Origin: Takakia lepidozioides
Lineage: Eukaryota > Plantae > Bryophyta
Direction: 5' to 3'
DNA length: 64,000 bases
NCBI GenBank assembly: GCA_030704615.1
Contig: CM060732.1
Span: 54,622,001 to 54,686,000 of the forward strand
Position 1 is the stretch's first letter, and each line of letters starts with the position of its first letter. Under the pieces are notes generated by a model that saw nothing but the letters and a program-made list of their open reading frames with translations, was not told the origin of the DNA and searched no databases. The position numbers and the translations under genes were made by a program. Shown in pieces: positions 63,285 to 64,000 of the stretch.

Positions 63285-63934
63285 TCAACATTGAAGAAGA
63301 AGATGCGCGACTTCTTCATCAGACATTGTCAGCTCCATGTATCTCTGCAGGGCATTTGCAAGCTTGGCCGCCAACTGATGCTTGCACTGCCCCCACCCAA
63401 CACCCAGTTTTAGGGGCCTGAATTAACCATGACAAACATCCATAGGCTTGGAAAAAGTTTCAATGTACACCTGGGTGGTTGTTGGCTTCCGAATGTTGGA
63501 AATATGCCACGAGTGTGTCAGGGTAATGGCGAAAGAAATAGAGAAGAAACTTTCAAGTTGGCCATGCTCCTTTTGATGCAAGTTGTGTACAATTGTGGTC
63601 AACTCAAAATTGAGCCGAATCTACTCCAGAATGTACACGTTCTGTTTTTCTTGTGGTTTGCAATTTCCAGCTGTTGGCCGAAACACGCGGCATGAGACTT
63701 GGCATTGCCATAGGCCAGGCCTCCTGTCTGGCAGGAACAGAATGGGTGGTGCAGAAGGGCAGATGAAATGAGTGCAGAATGACGGCCAACTTTACTAGAC
63801 AAAGGAGAGGAGAAAACACGCACACAGAGTTGGTTGCTTTTGCCCACAACATCAAAGAAAAAGGAATGGCAGGAGCAGAAGTGGTCAGAGAAGCACAAGT
63901 AGTACTCTGCCCCACCCTTGGACTCTCCAACCAC
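63285..63934 (-). CDS. ZSWIM7: Last two exons of ZSWIM7/SWS1 (SWIM zinc-finger Shu-complex subunit); 5' exons lie beyond the window
   Basis: Exon 63934-63824 (VVGESKGGAEYYLCFSDHFCSCHSFFFDVVGKSNQLC) and exon 63386-63285 (CKHQLAAKLA...LLLQC*) join in frame through GT-AG, giving the SWIM CxC-x(n)-CxH motif. The ORF track does not show this as a single ORF. Confidence 0.85.
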
Positions 63935-64000
63935 CTGCATGTATGGCAAAAGGGACTATCTCTTCACTTGTTCTCCTGGTCAAGATGATCTTCTCCTCCC

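Noticed and set aside
15559-63934. RAD51 and ZSWIM7/SWS1 as a recombination gene cluster
   Set aside because: They are ~47 kb apart with unrelated genes between them, so coincidence is likely unless synteny is shown.

Overview
Eukaryotic, early-diverging land-plant-like DNA (bryophyte-like; GT-AG introns, intronless RAD51). Host genes: a spliced HESO1-like terminal uridylyltransferase, an RLP44-like LRR receptor-like protein, RAD51, an FkbM-type methyltransferase, a PLIP-like lipase pseudogene, a spliced alpha-amylase-like gene with substituted catalytic residues, mitochondrial NFS1, and the 3' exons of ZSWIM7/SWS1. The middle of the window is a transposon island. Its centrepiece is an 11.0-kb Ty3/gypsy-type retrotransposon (28078-39092, 4-bp TSD AGAG). 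It carries a DNMT3-like C5 cytosine methyltransferase between protease and RT and a PHD finger after the integrase. It apparently self-primes reverse transcription, and it has split, circularly permuted terminal repeats (B...internal...A-gc-B-t-A') instead of two normal LTRs, as if a 2-LTR circle had been opened at an internal palindromic att junction. Next to it is a 10.8-kb Sola-like DDD DNA transposon (29-bp TIRs, 4-bp TSD) with a nested MITE and a divergent FCP1-like ORF. Several LINE fragments and MITEs fill the rest. All family assignments come from motif recognition by eye; no database search was run.
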